64,000 nucleotides of DNA, from assembly GCA_951406725.2 (NCBI GenBank), contig OX597836.1, positions 32,240,001-32,304,000 on the forward strand, written 5' to 3'. A program made the translations under genes and the position numbers. This document shows, in pieces, positions 23,635 to 37,632 of this stretch (position 1 is its first letter; every line of letters starts with the position of its first letter). The DNA comes from Octopus vulgaris (Eukaryota). The notes below the pieces were generated by a model. That model saw only the letters and a program-made list of their open reading frames with translations. It had not been told where the DNA came from and searched no databases.

Positions 23635-23694
23635 TAGGGTTACCCTGGGTTTCTCATCATAAAGGATACCTTTATGGTGTATCTTCAGACCCTA
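23635..23694 (-). ncRNA. Apparently intact minimal type-I hammerhead ribozyme in a family A element (~23550-23720)
   Basis: TAGGGT-CTGAAGA-tacacCATAAAGG tat CCTTTATGatga-GAAA-CCCAGGG-TA-ACCCTA: 6-bp stem I, complete core, stem II of at least 8 bp, near-palindromic stem III, GUA site. Confidence 0.8.
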
Positions 23695-26549
23695 AGATCT
23701 GTTGGACTATTACTTCTTTAATATATGAGGGGGGAAATGATACGGATGTAAAGAAGGGGATTGTCTTCCTTTGCTGCTGACAATCGGCTTCCCTGGTATT
23801 GGTTTCTTTATATCCCCATATCTTTAGTACCAGACTTAAAATAGCACAAATATTGGGGTTGATTTGTTCAACTAAAATCCTTTATTGCCCCCAGCATGGC
23901 CACATTTCAATAACTAAAAAGAGTAAACGATAAAAGATAAATGATCTTTAATCTATGTTGCCCACTTCAAATCCACTGTAAGCATTTTGTGTTTAGGATG
24001 ACACTTCTTGATTGCTCAATCTGCTAGAAATAGCAGTCAAATCTCCCTTATATTGCATTCAGCTTAGTGACATTTTGTTCATTTTTTTATATTCAGAGTT
24101 TGAATTCTACTGAGGTCAGCTTTGCTTTTCATCCTTTCAGGGTTTATAAAATAAGTACCAGTTGAGTACAGGCTAACAGATGGCTGTCAATAATATATAT
24201 GGTTTTGTGACCATTTTGTAGCTTCTGAATGCCAGTCATATACACAGAAGTAATTCATGAGTATGCACACCATCACATGCCAACTGATGATGGTGTGTTT
24301 ATGTTACCATAACTTAGTGGTTCAGCAAAAGAGACCAGTAAAATAAGTACTAGGCTTATATAAGAATAAGTCCTGGGGAGGTCAATTTCTTTGACTAAAA
24401 ACACCCTTCAAGGCAGTACTCCTGCATGGCCACAGTCAAAAGACTGAAGCAAGTAAAAAATGAATGCTTCATTGTAAAACCATTCTTCAGTACCCTCACC
24501 ACCAACAATCAAACTCTACCAACTTGAATAATTTTTGATGCCATAGACAATGCAGAGTAGTCTCTGAAAGAAGACAAAAACATGGTTGGTTACAGCTAGA
24601 CGGTCTTGCAACCATATGCTATAACAGCACCAACAACAACCAAAAAATGAAGTCAGCAAAAGAGTGAAAAAATTTAGAAGAATCTAAATAGAAAATTATC
24701 AATAATCAACCTAAATTAGCATCTCTGTTTCCTAGTGTAGAACCTTTTAAATATGACACTATATATATAGAAATAATAATTTATGTATATATTTATATTC
24801 TGGAAGCTTTAAAATAATGTCACATAAATAGAAGTCTCCTTTTAATAATGCATCACTGGACCGCTGTTAGTGTAATTATGGACACCACCAGTAAAGTAGA
24901 AAAATCAGATTTTTTCATTATATTAGACATAAATGCACACAAAAGAAAATTGGACAGTAGGTTTTAAGTGACAGAAAAATGTTTTTCTATCACAAATGGT
25001 CCCAACATCTACACGTGGAAAATAGTGAACCTGTCAAACGACTCAATAACAGTGCTTTTTATTTTCTGTTTTATGTATGTATTTATGTATAAATATTTAA
25101 GGATACTACTAGGAACTTTCAGGTGAAACATCCCATGGTGTAGGTGGCAGGATCAGGGAACATTTGTGTGAATACTATGAAAATACATAGATATACATTC
25201 TCTACCAATAAGCAATACAGAACAATGAGTTAAAAAAAACAATGTTGAAATAAAAATCCTCACCATCAAAAGCTCCAACACTCTGTTATATTACTGAAGC
25301 AGTAAACCTATTTTGAATGGGTGATGATTAGGAGGAGCATTTGTTTTCAACAATGATGCAGTGAAAGCAGCAGGAGAAAAGAATCCAGATCAAAGTATTG
25401 GGGACTTATCTTGGAGACTTAAAACACTTTGGTCCACTGTGCAAGACTATCTCTTGCACAGTTATTTCAGCTTTGTAATATGTACATATATACATGTATG
25501 CACATCGTATATATTGTCAACATCCTTAGATGCACATAAGAATGCATTCTCTGCCTGTATGCTTTAAGTTGAGAGGAGCTTTTATGACTCCAATATTTAC
25601 AATTCCTACTAAATGTATCATACAACTATTCACACACTCTCACACATGTAAATAATTAGTTTAAGATGTGGATTCAGAGAACTATGTGGCTATCAGAGAA
25701 AGCTTCTCTTTGGATTCATAAAGAAGGTTGGGAAAAACGACCATAAGCCAAAGAATGTCACATGGTTATATATATATATATATATACCTCTCATACCTCC
25801 TGACATGTTTGTCTCCATTTTTGATTAAAACAAATGGAGATGAACACCAATTTCTCCATGTGGTTGGCTTGAAAAATTGTTAAGATATTTTCTTAACATG
25901 AAACCAATGATAGCCTTAATATACAAATAAAGAATCTTTATCCACCAATGCAGTATTGAGCACTCACTCTCATTGTTCAACACACACACACACACATATA
26001 TATTTATATACATGCTATTTTTATGTGAAATTATATATTAAAACAATTTAACAATAAATAGAAGAGTATTTATAAATATCTATATATTAATGAGGTGAAT
26101 GAGTTCAAACTAGAAACTACACTTAGTGTTTTAGAATTAGCACCTTAAAAGTTTACCTCTTACTCCACCTCATAATACTCATCGCATAATAGTTTGCCCT
26201 TATTCCCCTTGTTGCTATCTTTATTATCATCACCCACAGATTTAGATTCTCAAACCGATAGCTTATCACATTTTAAGCAATGTAATTAAATTCGTATTTG
26301 CAAAGTGACATCCTCTTTTAGTAGCATGTATGATGCTACCTTTTGGCTCCTTTTCATTTTTCAATAATATCAATTTCTTTTTTTTTTTATGTTTTTATCT
26401 GAAACTCTTTCATTCTAGGTTATACCTAATGTGATTTTAATGGATTTCTTTAGAGGATAATATTTTCATTTCCTTATGTTTATAATCCATTTTAATTTGT
26501 ACGTGTGTGTGGATGTTAAACGATGATGATGTGATAGATAGATAAACAG

Positions 26550-26611
26550 ATAAACATATGTATATGTATATATATATGTATACATATGTGTGTATATATA
26601 TATATATGTAT

Positions 26612-26644
<33 letters not shown>

Positions 26645-26727
26645 CTTTATTTAAAGCATATTACTCTACTACTGGTATTTGAGTACTCTTTTTTCCACCT
26701 TGTTTCACATTTATGTGTTTACTCCGG

Positions 26728-26770
<43 letters not shown>

Positions 26771-26825
26771 GTATATATATGTATCTATATATGTATATAT
26801 ATATATATGTATATATATGTATCTA

Positions 26826-26878
<53 letters not shown>

Positions 26879-26927
26879 TAATATATGTATGTATGTATGT
26901 ATGTATATATATGTATCTATATATGTA

Positions 26928-26958
<31 letters not shown>

Positions 26959-27180
26959 ATATTAATATATGTATGTATGTATATATATATATGTATATAT
27001 GTGTATATATATATATATGTATGTATATATATATGTATATATATGTATATATATATGTATATATATGTGTGTGTGTGTATATATATGTGTATATATATAT
27101 GTGTGTATATATATGTGCATATATATGCATAATACATATTTGTGTATACATATATATATATATATATACATTCACATACG
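26550..27180. repeat. (TA)n/(TATG)n microsatellite field
   Basis: Directly visible. Confidence 0.95.
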
Positions 27181-28073
27181 AGTGTAATTTTCCCTTTGAT
27201 CCTCTCTCTCTCTTTTTCTCTCTGTGTGTGTGTATGCACATGCACACATGTGTGTGTTTGTGTGATGTGACCTATAGTCTATTAACTTGAATATTGATAT
27301 ACTTAAATTTTGAATATTTTCTTGTTACCATTGGAAATTAATATACTATAGAAATTGCTTTAGAATTATTTTAACTCCCTTGTCTGTTGATACATTAATG
27401 TATCTATAGGAAATGTGTCAACCTGGCTTTCACACACCTGTACGACAAACTAGTTCATTTCACAGAATTATGATTGTGGGTTTGAGCCAATGTGTGGCAC
27501 CTGAGGTAAGTGTCTTCTATAGTAACCTCATGACGACCAATGCTTTCTGAATAGAATATGGTAAAAACTGGAAAGAAGTCCATTGTAAATATATATGGTT
27601 GGCATTTGGAAGGGCATCTAGCTGTAAAAGCCATGTCAAAACTGACCTTATCTGACCTTGTCTGTCATATGAAAAGCACTCAGTCCACTCTACAGGATGG
27701 CTGGTGTTAGGAATGGCATCCAGCTGTAAAAACCATGCCAAAACAGATACTGTAGCCTGGTGTAGTCTTCTACCTGGACAGATCCTGTTGAACCATCCAA
27801 GCGATGACTGCATAGAAGATAGACATTAAATGATGATGGTGATGAGATGATTCTATATATATATATATAAATTATATATATATATATATATTTCTTTATT
27901 GCATCTCTTTTAGGCACAGGCATGGCCATGTGGTGAATAAGTTTGCTTCCTAACCACTTGGTTTCAGTTTCAGTCCTACTGCACGACACCTTGGGTAAGT
28001 GTCACTATCATGTAAGCATGGAAAAGTTGACATTAAAACATTCGAATACTTAGGCCTTATATAACCAGTTTAA

Positions 28074-28565
28074 CCCTTCAGCATTCAGATTACTCTGTCA
28101 AATGTAATGATTATATATTCACATTGTTAATCATGCCTTATTTTGTAATTTCAAGAATTTGACAATGTAATTGTTTATTTTTAGAATGACATTGTAGAAG
28201 TGTGGAAGCATATGGCTTAGTGGTTAGGGTGTTGGACTCAAGATTGTGAGATAGCGGTTTCAGTTCCTAGACCAGGTGATGCATTGTGTTCTTGAGCAAC
28301 ACACTTCATTTCATGTTGCTTCACTCCACTCAGCTAGCAAAAATGTGTAATCCTGTGGTGGACCAGCATCAGATCTAGATGGAGAATATATAAGTCATGG
28401 GAACCGGGAAACCAGCCCTTATGAGTCGGTATGGCTCGAGAAGGAACTTTACTTTTTTTTCTATTTTATTGTAAGGGTAAGGTGTGAGAGGCTAGATCTG
28501 GCTGGTTTTAACTTAAAATGGGTAGAATATTTTAACCAGATGGGGCCAGTTTAAATGCTAAAAGG
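28074..28565. mobile_element. piggyBac-like MITE with a nested tRNA-SINE (~28200-28455)
   Basis: TTAA|CCCTTCAGCATT ... AATGCTAAAAGG|TTAA ends. Confidence 0.7.
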
Positions 28566-29129
28566 TTAAAGAAAAGAGGTCCTTTGTACTGGAAAAGCTG
28601 TCAACCACTGACCAAGTATGGTCCTTCTTTGAATCATACAAGGAGTTAGATATTTTCATTAGTGGAAAATAAGAAATAACGTGTCCCAAATCACTGTTAG
28701 ATTTTGTTACTGTAAATCATATTGAAATGCTGCCTTATTTGTTGGACACTTTGTAGTTAGTCGGTAAATAAGAAATGTTTCTCTCATCTTACATATACAA
28801 ATATCAAAGAATCAATACTTTATTAATTTATCAACAGACTTGACTTGGGGTTATTTGTTTCTGCAATATTTTTCTATGTGGAGTGTGTGTGTATGTGTGC
28901 GCGTGTGTGTGTATGCATGTATGCGTGCATGTGTGTGTGCATGCATATTTCTGCATGTATGTGTACAAATTGTGTTATAAGCATGTGTTTCAATGCAAGG
29001 TTTATGCATTTGGGTGCATATGTGTGTACATGTGTGCTTATATATGCATGTGTGTATATATATACATGCATATATGTGCACACACAAACACACATATGCA
29101 AATGTGTGCACATATATGCAGGTATGCAG

Positions 29130-29162
<33 letters not shown>

Positions 29163-29650
29163 CATGCATATATGTGCACACACATATAGAAATATGCACC
29201 AAAGCACATAAATATATATATATATATATATATATTATTTTTTGTTTTTAGTGTCTCTTTTTTTTTGCCAATATCTAAACATATGGTTTAGGGCAAAAAC
29301 TATAGTTTGTAACTGCTATAGAGTGAAATTAACAAATTTTTTCTCATATTTGTTAAGTAAAGTTTCATAAAAACATAACCACTTCCTTTCCTCCAAGCAT
29401 CTTATCACAAAGATAAGTCTTCATGAACTTAATTCTATACAATCTTTTTATTATAAACATACACATACACATGTGTGTATGTATATGTGCATGTATTATA
29501 AATATACAAACATGTTTGCTTATGATGTATGTATGATACCCTATAGATACATGCTTGCATACAGATATGTGTGCATGTGTGTGTGTATGTGTATATATAT
29601 ATATATATATATATACATGTGCATGTGTGTGTATACGTGTATATATATAT

Positions 29651-29888
29651 ATGGGGTGTTACAAAAAAATGAATACACATATTGAAGGTTAAAAAGTCAG
29701 TGTTTATTAAACTACATTTCATTGCAAAATTCAATAGAATCTACAAACATAATTAATAATTTTTGTAATCAATGCCTGTCTTCAAACTGATGACCTTTCT
29801 GGTGCAGACGCTACTGATAGCATAAAGTAATGGCATCACAAACATCAAGTAACATTTCATTCAATATATATGCATGCATTCTTTAAGG
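29651..29888 (-). mobile_element. Tc1/mariner 3' end fragment
   Basis: EMLLDVCDAITLCYQ*RLHQKGHQFEDRH* resembles Tc1-type C-termini (..CIEQNGHQFEH); TIR-like GGGTGTTACAAAAAAATGAATAC next to a TA run. Confidence 0.65.
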
Positions 29889-29924
29889 TTGTGAGCTGGC
29901 AGACTCATTACCAAGCCAAGCTGG

Positions 29925-30660
29925 ATGTTCAGTGGCATTTCATGCGTTTTTATATTCTGAGTTCAAATTCCATCATGGTTTGCGTTACCTTTCATTGTTT
30001 TGAGGTCGAGTTGAGTACTGAGGTCGAGTTGAGTACTGAGGTCCAGTTGAGTACTGAGGTCCAGTTGAGTACTGAGGTCCAGTTGAGTACTGGGATCGAT
30101 GTAATAAGCTTGTTCCTTCTCCTGAACTTCCTTCCTTGTGCCAAAATTTGAAACCATTAAGGCAGCACGTCAACAGAATCATTAGCGCACCAGGTTAAAT
30201 GCTTGGAGCATTTTGTCTGTCTTAATGTTCTGAGTTCAAATTCTGCTGAGGTTGACTTTACCTGTCATCCTTTTGGAGTCGATAAACTAAATGCCAGTTG
30301 AGCATTGGCACATTTTGTCTGTCTTTATGTTCTGAGTTCAAATTCTGTTGAGGTTGACTTTGCCTTTCATCCTTTCAGGGTCGATAAAATAAAGACCAGT
30401 TGAGCATTGGAGTCGATGTAATAGGCTTGCCCTCTCTCCTAAACTTCTTGTTCTTGTGCCAAAATTTGAAACAATTAAGGTAGCAAATCAACAGAATCAT
30501 TAGCGCACCAGGTTAAATGCTTGGCTCATTTTGTCTGTTTTTATTTTACTGAGGTCGACTTAGCCTTTCATCCTTTGGTGGGAGGGTCGACAAAATAAGT
30601 ACTAGTTGAGTACTACTTGCCCCTTCCCCAAAACTACTGGCCTTGTACAAAAATTTTAAA
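29925..30660 (+). repeat. Tandem array of SINE copies containing five 18-bp repeats
   Basis: (TGAGGTC[G/C]AGTTGAGTAC)x5 at 30001-30090; the SINE body is reiterated about 4 times. Confidence 0.85.
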
Positions 30661-31559
30661 GTAATTGTTATTGTTATTGTTATTCAAAGGCTGCTCACAA
30701 TTCATTGACCATTATTGGTTTTGTACCATAGACTTTGTCTTTTAAGTTTCCTCATAAAAATGTCTAGTGGTGTCTACAATCTGGTGAACATGGAGTGTAT
30801 CCTTCTGAACCTCTTCCCCAAATCTACCTGTTTAGCAAAATCTCATCAAGGTAAGCCCTAACATTAATATGATAATGTGGGGGCACTCCATCTTGTTGAC
30901 AGAAACTGTGTGGAAGTCTATTGTAATGTGTGTGTGTGTCACCACTACTTAATAGTCAGTGTTGGTTTGTTTACATCCTCAAAATTCAACTATTCACTGT
31001 AGGGACCAATAGAATAAGTACCCAACTTAAAAACTAAGCACTTGTGTTGGTTTGTTCAGCTAAAACTTTCAAGAAGATGCTCCAGCATGGCTGTACTGCT
31101 GTCCAATAACTGAAACAAGCAAACGATAAAAGATGAAATATGAGAACTGGCAAATTTGGTTTCTTTATATTTGAAGAAGATGCAAAAAAAAAAAAATAAT
31201 TAAAAATAAATTCCACAAGAACATAAATTGCAGTAAGTGATATGACCATTCATGACAGTTTGATTGGAATCTAATAGAAACTATTAAGAATTCTTCTAGT
31301 TTTGCTTAGAATTTTTTTCAAAAAGTCACAGGTTTCATCAAATATGTATGTATTCCACTTGCAAATTAGGTTCTCAATACTTACTTTCTTTTAACAAATT
31401 TGCCTATTTTTTCTCCTTTTCTGTTCTTTTTTTTTAGTTACTAATTTAACGATACTTTTATCAGCTGAGCTAAATAATTTTTTTCGTTTTTACCATTTTG
31501 TGAATTCCATAAAAAAAAAGTTACTAAGTCGGAGTTAGTTTTTGTTCTTAACAAAATGT

Positions 31560-31955
31560 CACCAGACCTACTGCTACCACCACCATCAACACCACTATAA
31601 ATGCCACTGTCATCATCAACGCCACTATGGCTACCACTGTCACTACCACCACCATCACCACCACTACTGATATCACAACGACCACCACCACCAAAACCAC
31701 TACCAACACTATCACCATCACCTCCACCACCGCCAACACCATCACCAACACTACTACCAACCACCACCACTACCACCACCACCACCACCACCATCATCAC
31801 CACTATCAACACCACAATGACCACAATCAACTACACTACCAGTACCATGATCACCACCACTACTACCAATACTACCACCACCAACACCTCTATAACCGCC
31901 ACCACTACCAATACAACCACCACCACCACCACTATCGCCTCTGCTACTGTTACCT
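31560..31955. repeat. Degenerate (CAC/CCA/CTA)n trinucleotide repeat
   Basis: Directly visible; it generates poly-T/P/H/V/G ORFs. Confidence 0.9.
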
Positions 31956-32292
31956 GAACAAAACCCCTCAGAAGCTGATAGTACAGATTTGAAAAAAAAT
32001 TCATCTCTACATTTCTCAACATTTTCTCTTGAGCTGTGAGAGTAAAAACATATCTTGAGATCAACTCTGCCTCTCAGCATAAAATTATTGTTTCTTTTTT
32101 TTTAACGTATCATCTAGAATCTATATCTTTTTCAGCGGATATAATCTGCTTACCACTTGGTGATAATAATATTTTTTCAGAAAACAAGGAAACTTTGAAA
32201 ATATCTGCTTAGATTTCAGAGTAGCACTTACTTGGCAAGAGACTTCATTTGATATAGTGTTGAAATTAAAAAATTAATCTGTGTTAACAGTT

Positions 32293-33495
32293 ATTCTTTT
32301 ATTCTTTTAGCTGTGTGACTGTGGCCATACTGGTGCACCACCTTAAAGGTTTTTTTTAGTTGAAGAAATTGACCCCAGGACTTATTCTTTGTAAGCCTGG
32401 TACTTAATCTGTTGGTATCTTTTGTCGAACTGCTTAGTTACAAGGACGTAAACACACCAACATTGGGTGTCAACCAATGGTGATGGTTGTGGGTTGGGGA
32501 CAAACACTGACACAAAGACACACACATAAATATAGACATATATATATATATTTATATGACAGGCTTCTTTCAGTTTCCATTTCCAAAATTCACTCACAAG
32601 ACTTTGGTTGGCCTGAGGCTATAGTAGGAGACACTTGCCCAAGATGCCATCCAGTAAGACTGAAACTGGAACCATGTGGTTATAACATAGGTGCAAGTGT
32701 GTGATTCAGAGCCTTGCTCCCCAACCACATGATTCTGGGTTCAATCCCTCTGTGTGGCACCTTGTGCAAGTGTTTTCTTCTATAGTCCTAGGCCAACAAA
32801 AACCTTGTAAGTGCATGAATAGATATGCTAGATGATGGAAACTGAAAGAAGCCCTTGGCTGTGTGATAAGAAGCTTACTCCCCAACCATATGGATCCAGG
32901 TTCACTCCCACTGCATGGAATTTTGGGCAAATGTCTTCTACTATAAGCCTTGGGCCAATCAAACCCTTGTGAATAGATTTGGTAGATGGAAACTGAAAGA
33001 AGCTTATGATCTATATATATGTGTGTGAGTCTTTGTCTTCTGCTACTGCTTGACAACTAATGTAGTGCGCTATGTAACTTAGCAGTTTGGCAAACAAGAT
33101 CGATAGAATAAGTACCAAGCTTTAAAAAAAATAAATACTGGGGTTGATTCATGCAATTCTAAATTCTTTAAAGGTGTTGCTCCAGCATGGCCACAGTCTA
33201 ATGACTATGACAAGTAAAAAAATGTGTGTGTGCATGTGTATTTATATACCTATGTGTGTGTTTGTCCATTACCTCTACTACCACTCCACCATTTGACAAC
33301 TGGTTTTGGTTTGTTTACATCTCCGTAACTTAGCAGTTCAACAGAAGAGACTGATAGAACTGATAGAATAAGAAACAGGCTTTAAAAAAAAAGGAAGAGA
33401 AGGAGTCCTGTTGTTTATTCAATCAGCTAAAACTCTTCAAAACAATGCCCCAGCATGGCTGCAGTCCAATGACTGAAACCAGTAAAAGATAAAAG
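32293..33495. mobile_element. Cluster of composite SINEs, first copy head-to-head inverted to the following ones
   Basis: Minus copy 32293-32681, then plus-strand heads at ~32690 and ~32855, with tails to 33220 and 33495. Confidence 0.8.
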
Positions 33496-34093
33496 AGAGA
33501 AGATACACTCACACACACATACACACATACATATATTGGGTTTGTATTGTTTGGCAAGTGACCGCATATAATCATTTTTTATGACTTAGTGAAAGTAAGA
33601 AATGCAAAATCCATGGCATTTTATAGGTCCTCTGAGACCTGTGGGAGGAAGGTGTTATTCTCAGACCAAAGCTCTTGCTGAAATTCTTGCTAAACAGTGA
33701 TCTCTATAAAAGACACCAAAGTACCAAATGATGGCATTACAGAAACAATGACAATATATAAAAATCATAATAGCCATTTAAAAACACATACAACACAGCT
33801 TACACTTTAGTTTTATTTCTTGATAGTGCTGTGTTACTAGAACATCTCAGAAAATGTTGTTGTACATCTGAGACTTGAGTGAAACTAATTTCATTGACTG
33901 TATTCTGTTTTTATTATATGTTTTCTTCCTTGGAACAGTTGTAAGAGCTCTCAGAAGTTACACTTCAAACCAATTCTTCTTGTTTGGTCAAAATGTGTTA
34001 GAAGTGTATATATATGGATATACGTTTGTATGTATGTATGCTTGTATGCATAAAGGTATGCATGTATGTGTGGATATATATATACATATATAG

Positions 34094-34125
<32 letters not shown>

Positions 34126-35118
34126 AGATATGTTGGTGCAAACAGGAAAAATAGAACTCGAAATATGAGTATTTTGTTTTTACATCTAGTTTCAGCTCAC
34201 GATCTGTGGCCATGCTAGGGCACATTTTTTAAATATTTATTGATAAGTGCCGGCACACGAAACTCTCAGACCATGAGTCATTCTGTTACTTCTGCTAAAC
34301 ATTAATATATATATATATATATATATATAACTTATAAATAAGGGCAAATGTTTGCCCTTATTTATAAGTTGTTTATAAATTTAACCTTTAAAGGTATTTT
34401 TTAATATGTTGGCCATTGATAAAATTTAAAAAAAAAAAGTTTTATCCTACATTAGATGTATATATATGTATATATATATATATGTATAGAGAGAGAAAGA
34501 GAGATAATTATAGTTATATGTATGTATATAGTGCATATAAATTTCATATGTATGTATATATATGTGTGTGTGTATATGCATGTATGTATATATGTATGAT
34601 CTGGCTCTCTCTCGGTTACAATGACAAATGCTCCAGTTGGTACGGTAGGCAAAATAGCCTGCTCCTAAAATGAATGTACAAGTGAGTGAGCACTCAACAG
34701 ACTCATACACCCTTAACATAATCCTCAGGAAGATTCAGCATGACACAGAATGTGACAGACTGGCCCCTTGAAATACAGGTGCAACTCATTTTTGCTGAAT
34801 AAACTGAAGAAAACATGAAATAAAGTGTCTTGTTCTGGGATACAACACACTGCCAAGAACCAAACTCATGACCTTGTGATTGAGAGTTGAATACCCTAAC
34901 CACTAAGCTATGTACCTTCACATATATACATATGAATGTATGTATTTAAAGGCTTCTTTCAGTTTCCTTCTACTAAATTTCACTCACACTGTATTTGTCA
35001 AAGTTTATAGTTACAGTAGAGAGCACCATCCAACAATATCCATACAAGGAGACATTTTAACTATACACCCATGTGTTTGTGTGTGTGTTCTCTCTCTATA
35101 CATATATATGTATATGCA

Positions 35119-35169
<51 letters not shown>

Positions 35170-35226
35170 TTATCTATCTCCCTCTCTCTGTGTATATATA
35201 TATGTATATATACATATGCATATATA

Positions 35227-35264
<38 letters not shown>

Positions 35265-35854
35265 CGAGCAAAATGCCCCCAGTCCAATGGACAGTGCTGA
35301 GTTGTCAAACATTTAAGCCAAATTTTCTCAAAACAACTTGTCTGACCGTCCCATAGGCCTTCCCTTTGAGAAACACTGATTTAACCCTACATTTGAGACA
35401 CCAACAAAAGAAGAAATAAAGATAGGCTTTTTTAATCAATGGGAATCAATAAGCATTATGTTTGATTGAATAATCCAAAGAAAAACGATTTTATTCACAC
35501 AAATATGCAACTGAAGAGTTTAAAGCTCCTGTAATGATAAGGCTGTTGACTGGGAGAACAGAAACATGGTTTAAACAGTAAGCTTGGCAGGAAAGAAACG
35601 TGCCTTTAAGCAGTACAAAAACATCAAAAAATGGAAGGTGCAGTTATGTACAAGTTGACGGAAGAAAAGTAGGACAAAAATGGCTTTATCGATCACATTC
35701 TCACCTGGAATTGATTTTTGTAATTTTTTCAAGATTTATACACGCCCTGATACTGTTGGTATCTACATATCAAATTTGAGTGCAATTGGATGGAGGATGC
35801 CCTAGATCCTAGAAGGCAGACACACAGACAGACAGAACAGATTTTATATAATTG

Positions 35855-36110
35855 CTGGTCACAATGCGCTTCACATTGTTTTATCCTTCGAATGACACCA
35901 CCCCGCTGGCTAAGCGAGCAGGCCAACAGAAAAAAGAGTGAGAGAAAGAGTGGTGAAAGAGTACAGCAGGGATCACCACCTCCTGCCGGAGCTCATGGAG
36001 CTTTTAGGTGTTTTCGCTCAATAAATACACACAACGCACGGTCTGGGAATCAAAACCGCGATCCTACGACCACGAGTCCGCTGCCCTAACCACTGGGCCA
36101 TTGCGCCTCA
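35855..36110 (-). mobile_element. tRNA-derived SINE related to 9083-9395
   Basis: CCGCTGCCCTAACCACTGGGCCATTGCGCCTC is the reverse complement of the SINE head. Confidence 0.8.
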
Positions 36111-36451
36111 TATATATATATATATATATGATGAGATTCCATGTGGTTTTTATCTCCTGGTTTCACTAGCAAGGCATTGGTCAGTTTGAAGATTGAATCA
36201 AAGCCAACTATAGGCAATATGGTGTAAGTCCAAACCAAAGACTCTCTAAATCACCACACAACCATGGCCAACACTATATTGATTGTTTACAATATATAAT
36301 GTCATGTTATATCTAAAGTCATATCTGGAATTAATTATTCATCACTTGATTTATGGCTCTATTATTGTCAATATTGATTTAAAGTGAGGCACCCGCCTAC
36401 GCTTCCAATTGGTGCATTTATAATATTTATACATACATATATATATATACA

Positions 36452-36490
<39 letters not shown>

Positions 36491-36497
36491 TTATATA

Positions 36498-36880
36498 CTA
36501 GCAGTATCGCCCGGCGTTGCTCGGGTTTGTAAGGGAAATAACTATAAAGCATTTTTAGATAGTTATAGCCAAAATATAGCAAAAAAATGGGAAAAAAATG
36601 ATGGTAAATTTTTTTGAGAGTTAAAAAGGTGGAGTTGCGTCCCCTAGACAGTCTGTGGTTTGTGTTTCTGATTCTCGACCCCATGTCGAATTTATCGATT
36701 TTTTTCAGAACTGGGGGAACTTTTCAAAATTTTCGCTGCGTTAGTTTTGAATTATGACATTGAGCTATGTGTGTGTCAAGTTTCATCAGAATTGGTTGAA
36801 AGCCGTGGTCAGACTGAGGGTACAACCAAACAGACACACAGAAACACACACAGACAAACTGCCGTTTATATATATAGAGA
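36498..36880 (-). mobile_element. Non-autonomous Helitron (Lep1-like architecture)
   Basis: Minus strand has a 5' A|TC start, an internal (CTGT/GT)n tract, and a 3' hairpin CCCG-agcaacgc-CGGG followed by CTAG|T. A related fragment lies at ~35740-35850. Confidence 0.75.
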
Positions 36881-37632
36881 TATATATATATATGACGTTA
36901 AATGATGATGATGATATATATACATATATAATTATCATCATTGTTTAATGTCTGCTTTCCATGAGTTGGATGGTTTGACTGAGGACTGGTAAGCCAGGAG
37001 GCTGCATTAGGCTCCAATCTGATCTGACATGTTTTCTACCACTGGATATGTATATTATGTGTGTGTGTGTGTGTATACATGTAGATTGATATACATATTA
37101 CATGTATGTATGTATGTGTGTGTGTTTATGTATGCATAAATTAACTTGTGAAAAAATTACAAAGGAAAGTAGATTTAACCCTTTGATTATGTAATTAAAT
37201 TTCATGGCCATTCCCATAATGATATTAATTAACTTCCGAAGAATAGAATTCTGTTTCTGCAATACTGTTTCAGTATCTCCTGTCGGTATGGTTTTTAATA
37301 TCCACCACTAAAAGTATTTGATTCTTGCTCTATTAAGAGATTTTTGATGGAATATATGATAAATATTAAGAAAATCTGAAAAATTGTGTTTCGTATAAAA
37401 TGTTATTAGAGGTATCTCTGTTTCTTGAACTATCAGGATAGTGTTTTTGTTTTTCCAAAGCTGTGGGATAAAACCACTTTCTGCTGTTAGTGATAATGAA
37501 ATTTTGTCAAGATATATCTGCTTTCCATGTTAAAAAGTTTAAGTACTGGATTTGAGAGAAATGGAGAGAGTGAGAGAGAAAGTGAGACAGGAAGAGAAAG
37601 AGAGTATGTGAGAGAGAGAGAGAGATCAGAAG

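Noticed and set aside
24500-24563. Possible minus-strand exon (TTTTTGTCTTCTTTCAG acceptor, GTGAGG donor)
   Set aside because: Very short with no recognisable peptide; such signals arise by chance in 64 kb.
30747-30856. Possible plus-strand exon ending CAAG|GTAAGC
   Set aside because: Good donor but mediocre acceptor, and no recognisable homology.
31441-32080. Mucin-, proline- or histidine-rich ORFs (also 57529-58077 and 63471-63917)
   Set aside because: Degenerate trinucleotide repeats open in many frames on both strands; no exon evidence.
34240-34270. TTGATAA-GTG..CAC-GAAA hammerhead-like string
   Set aside because: Two core mismatches and no convincing stems I or III.
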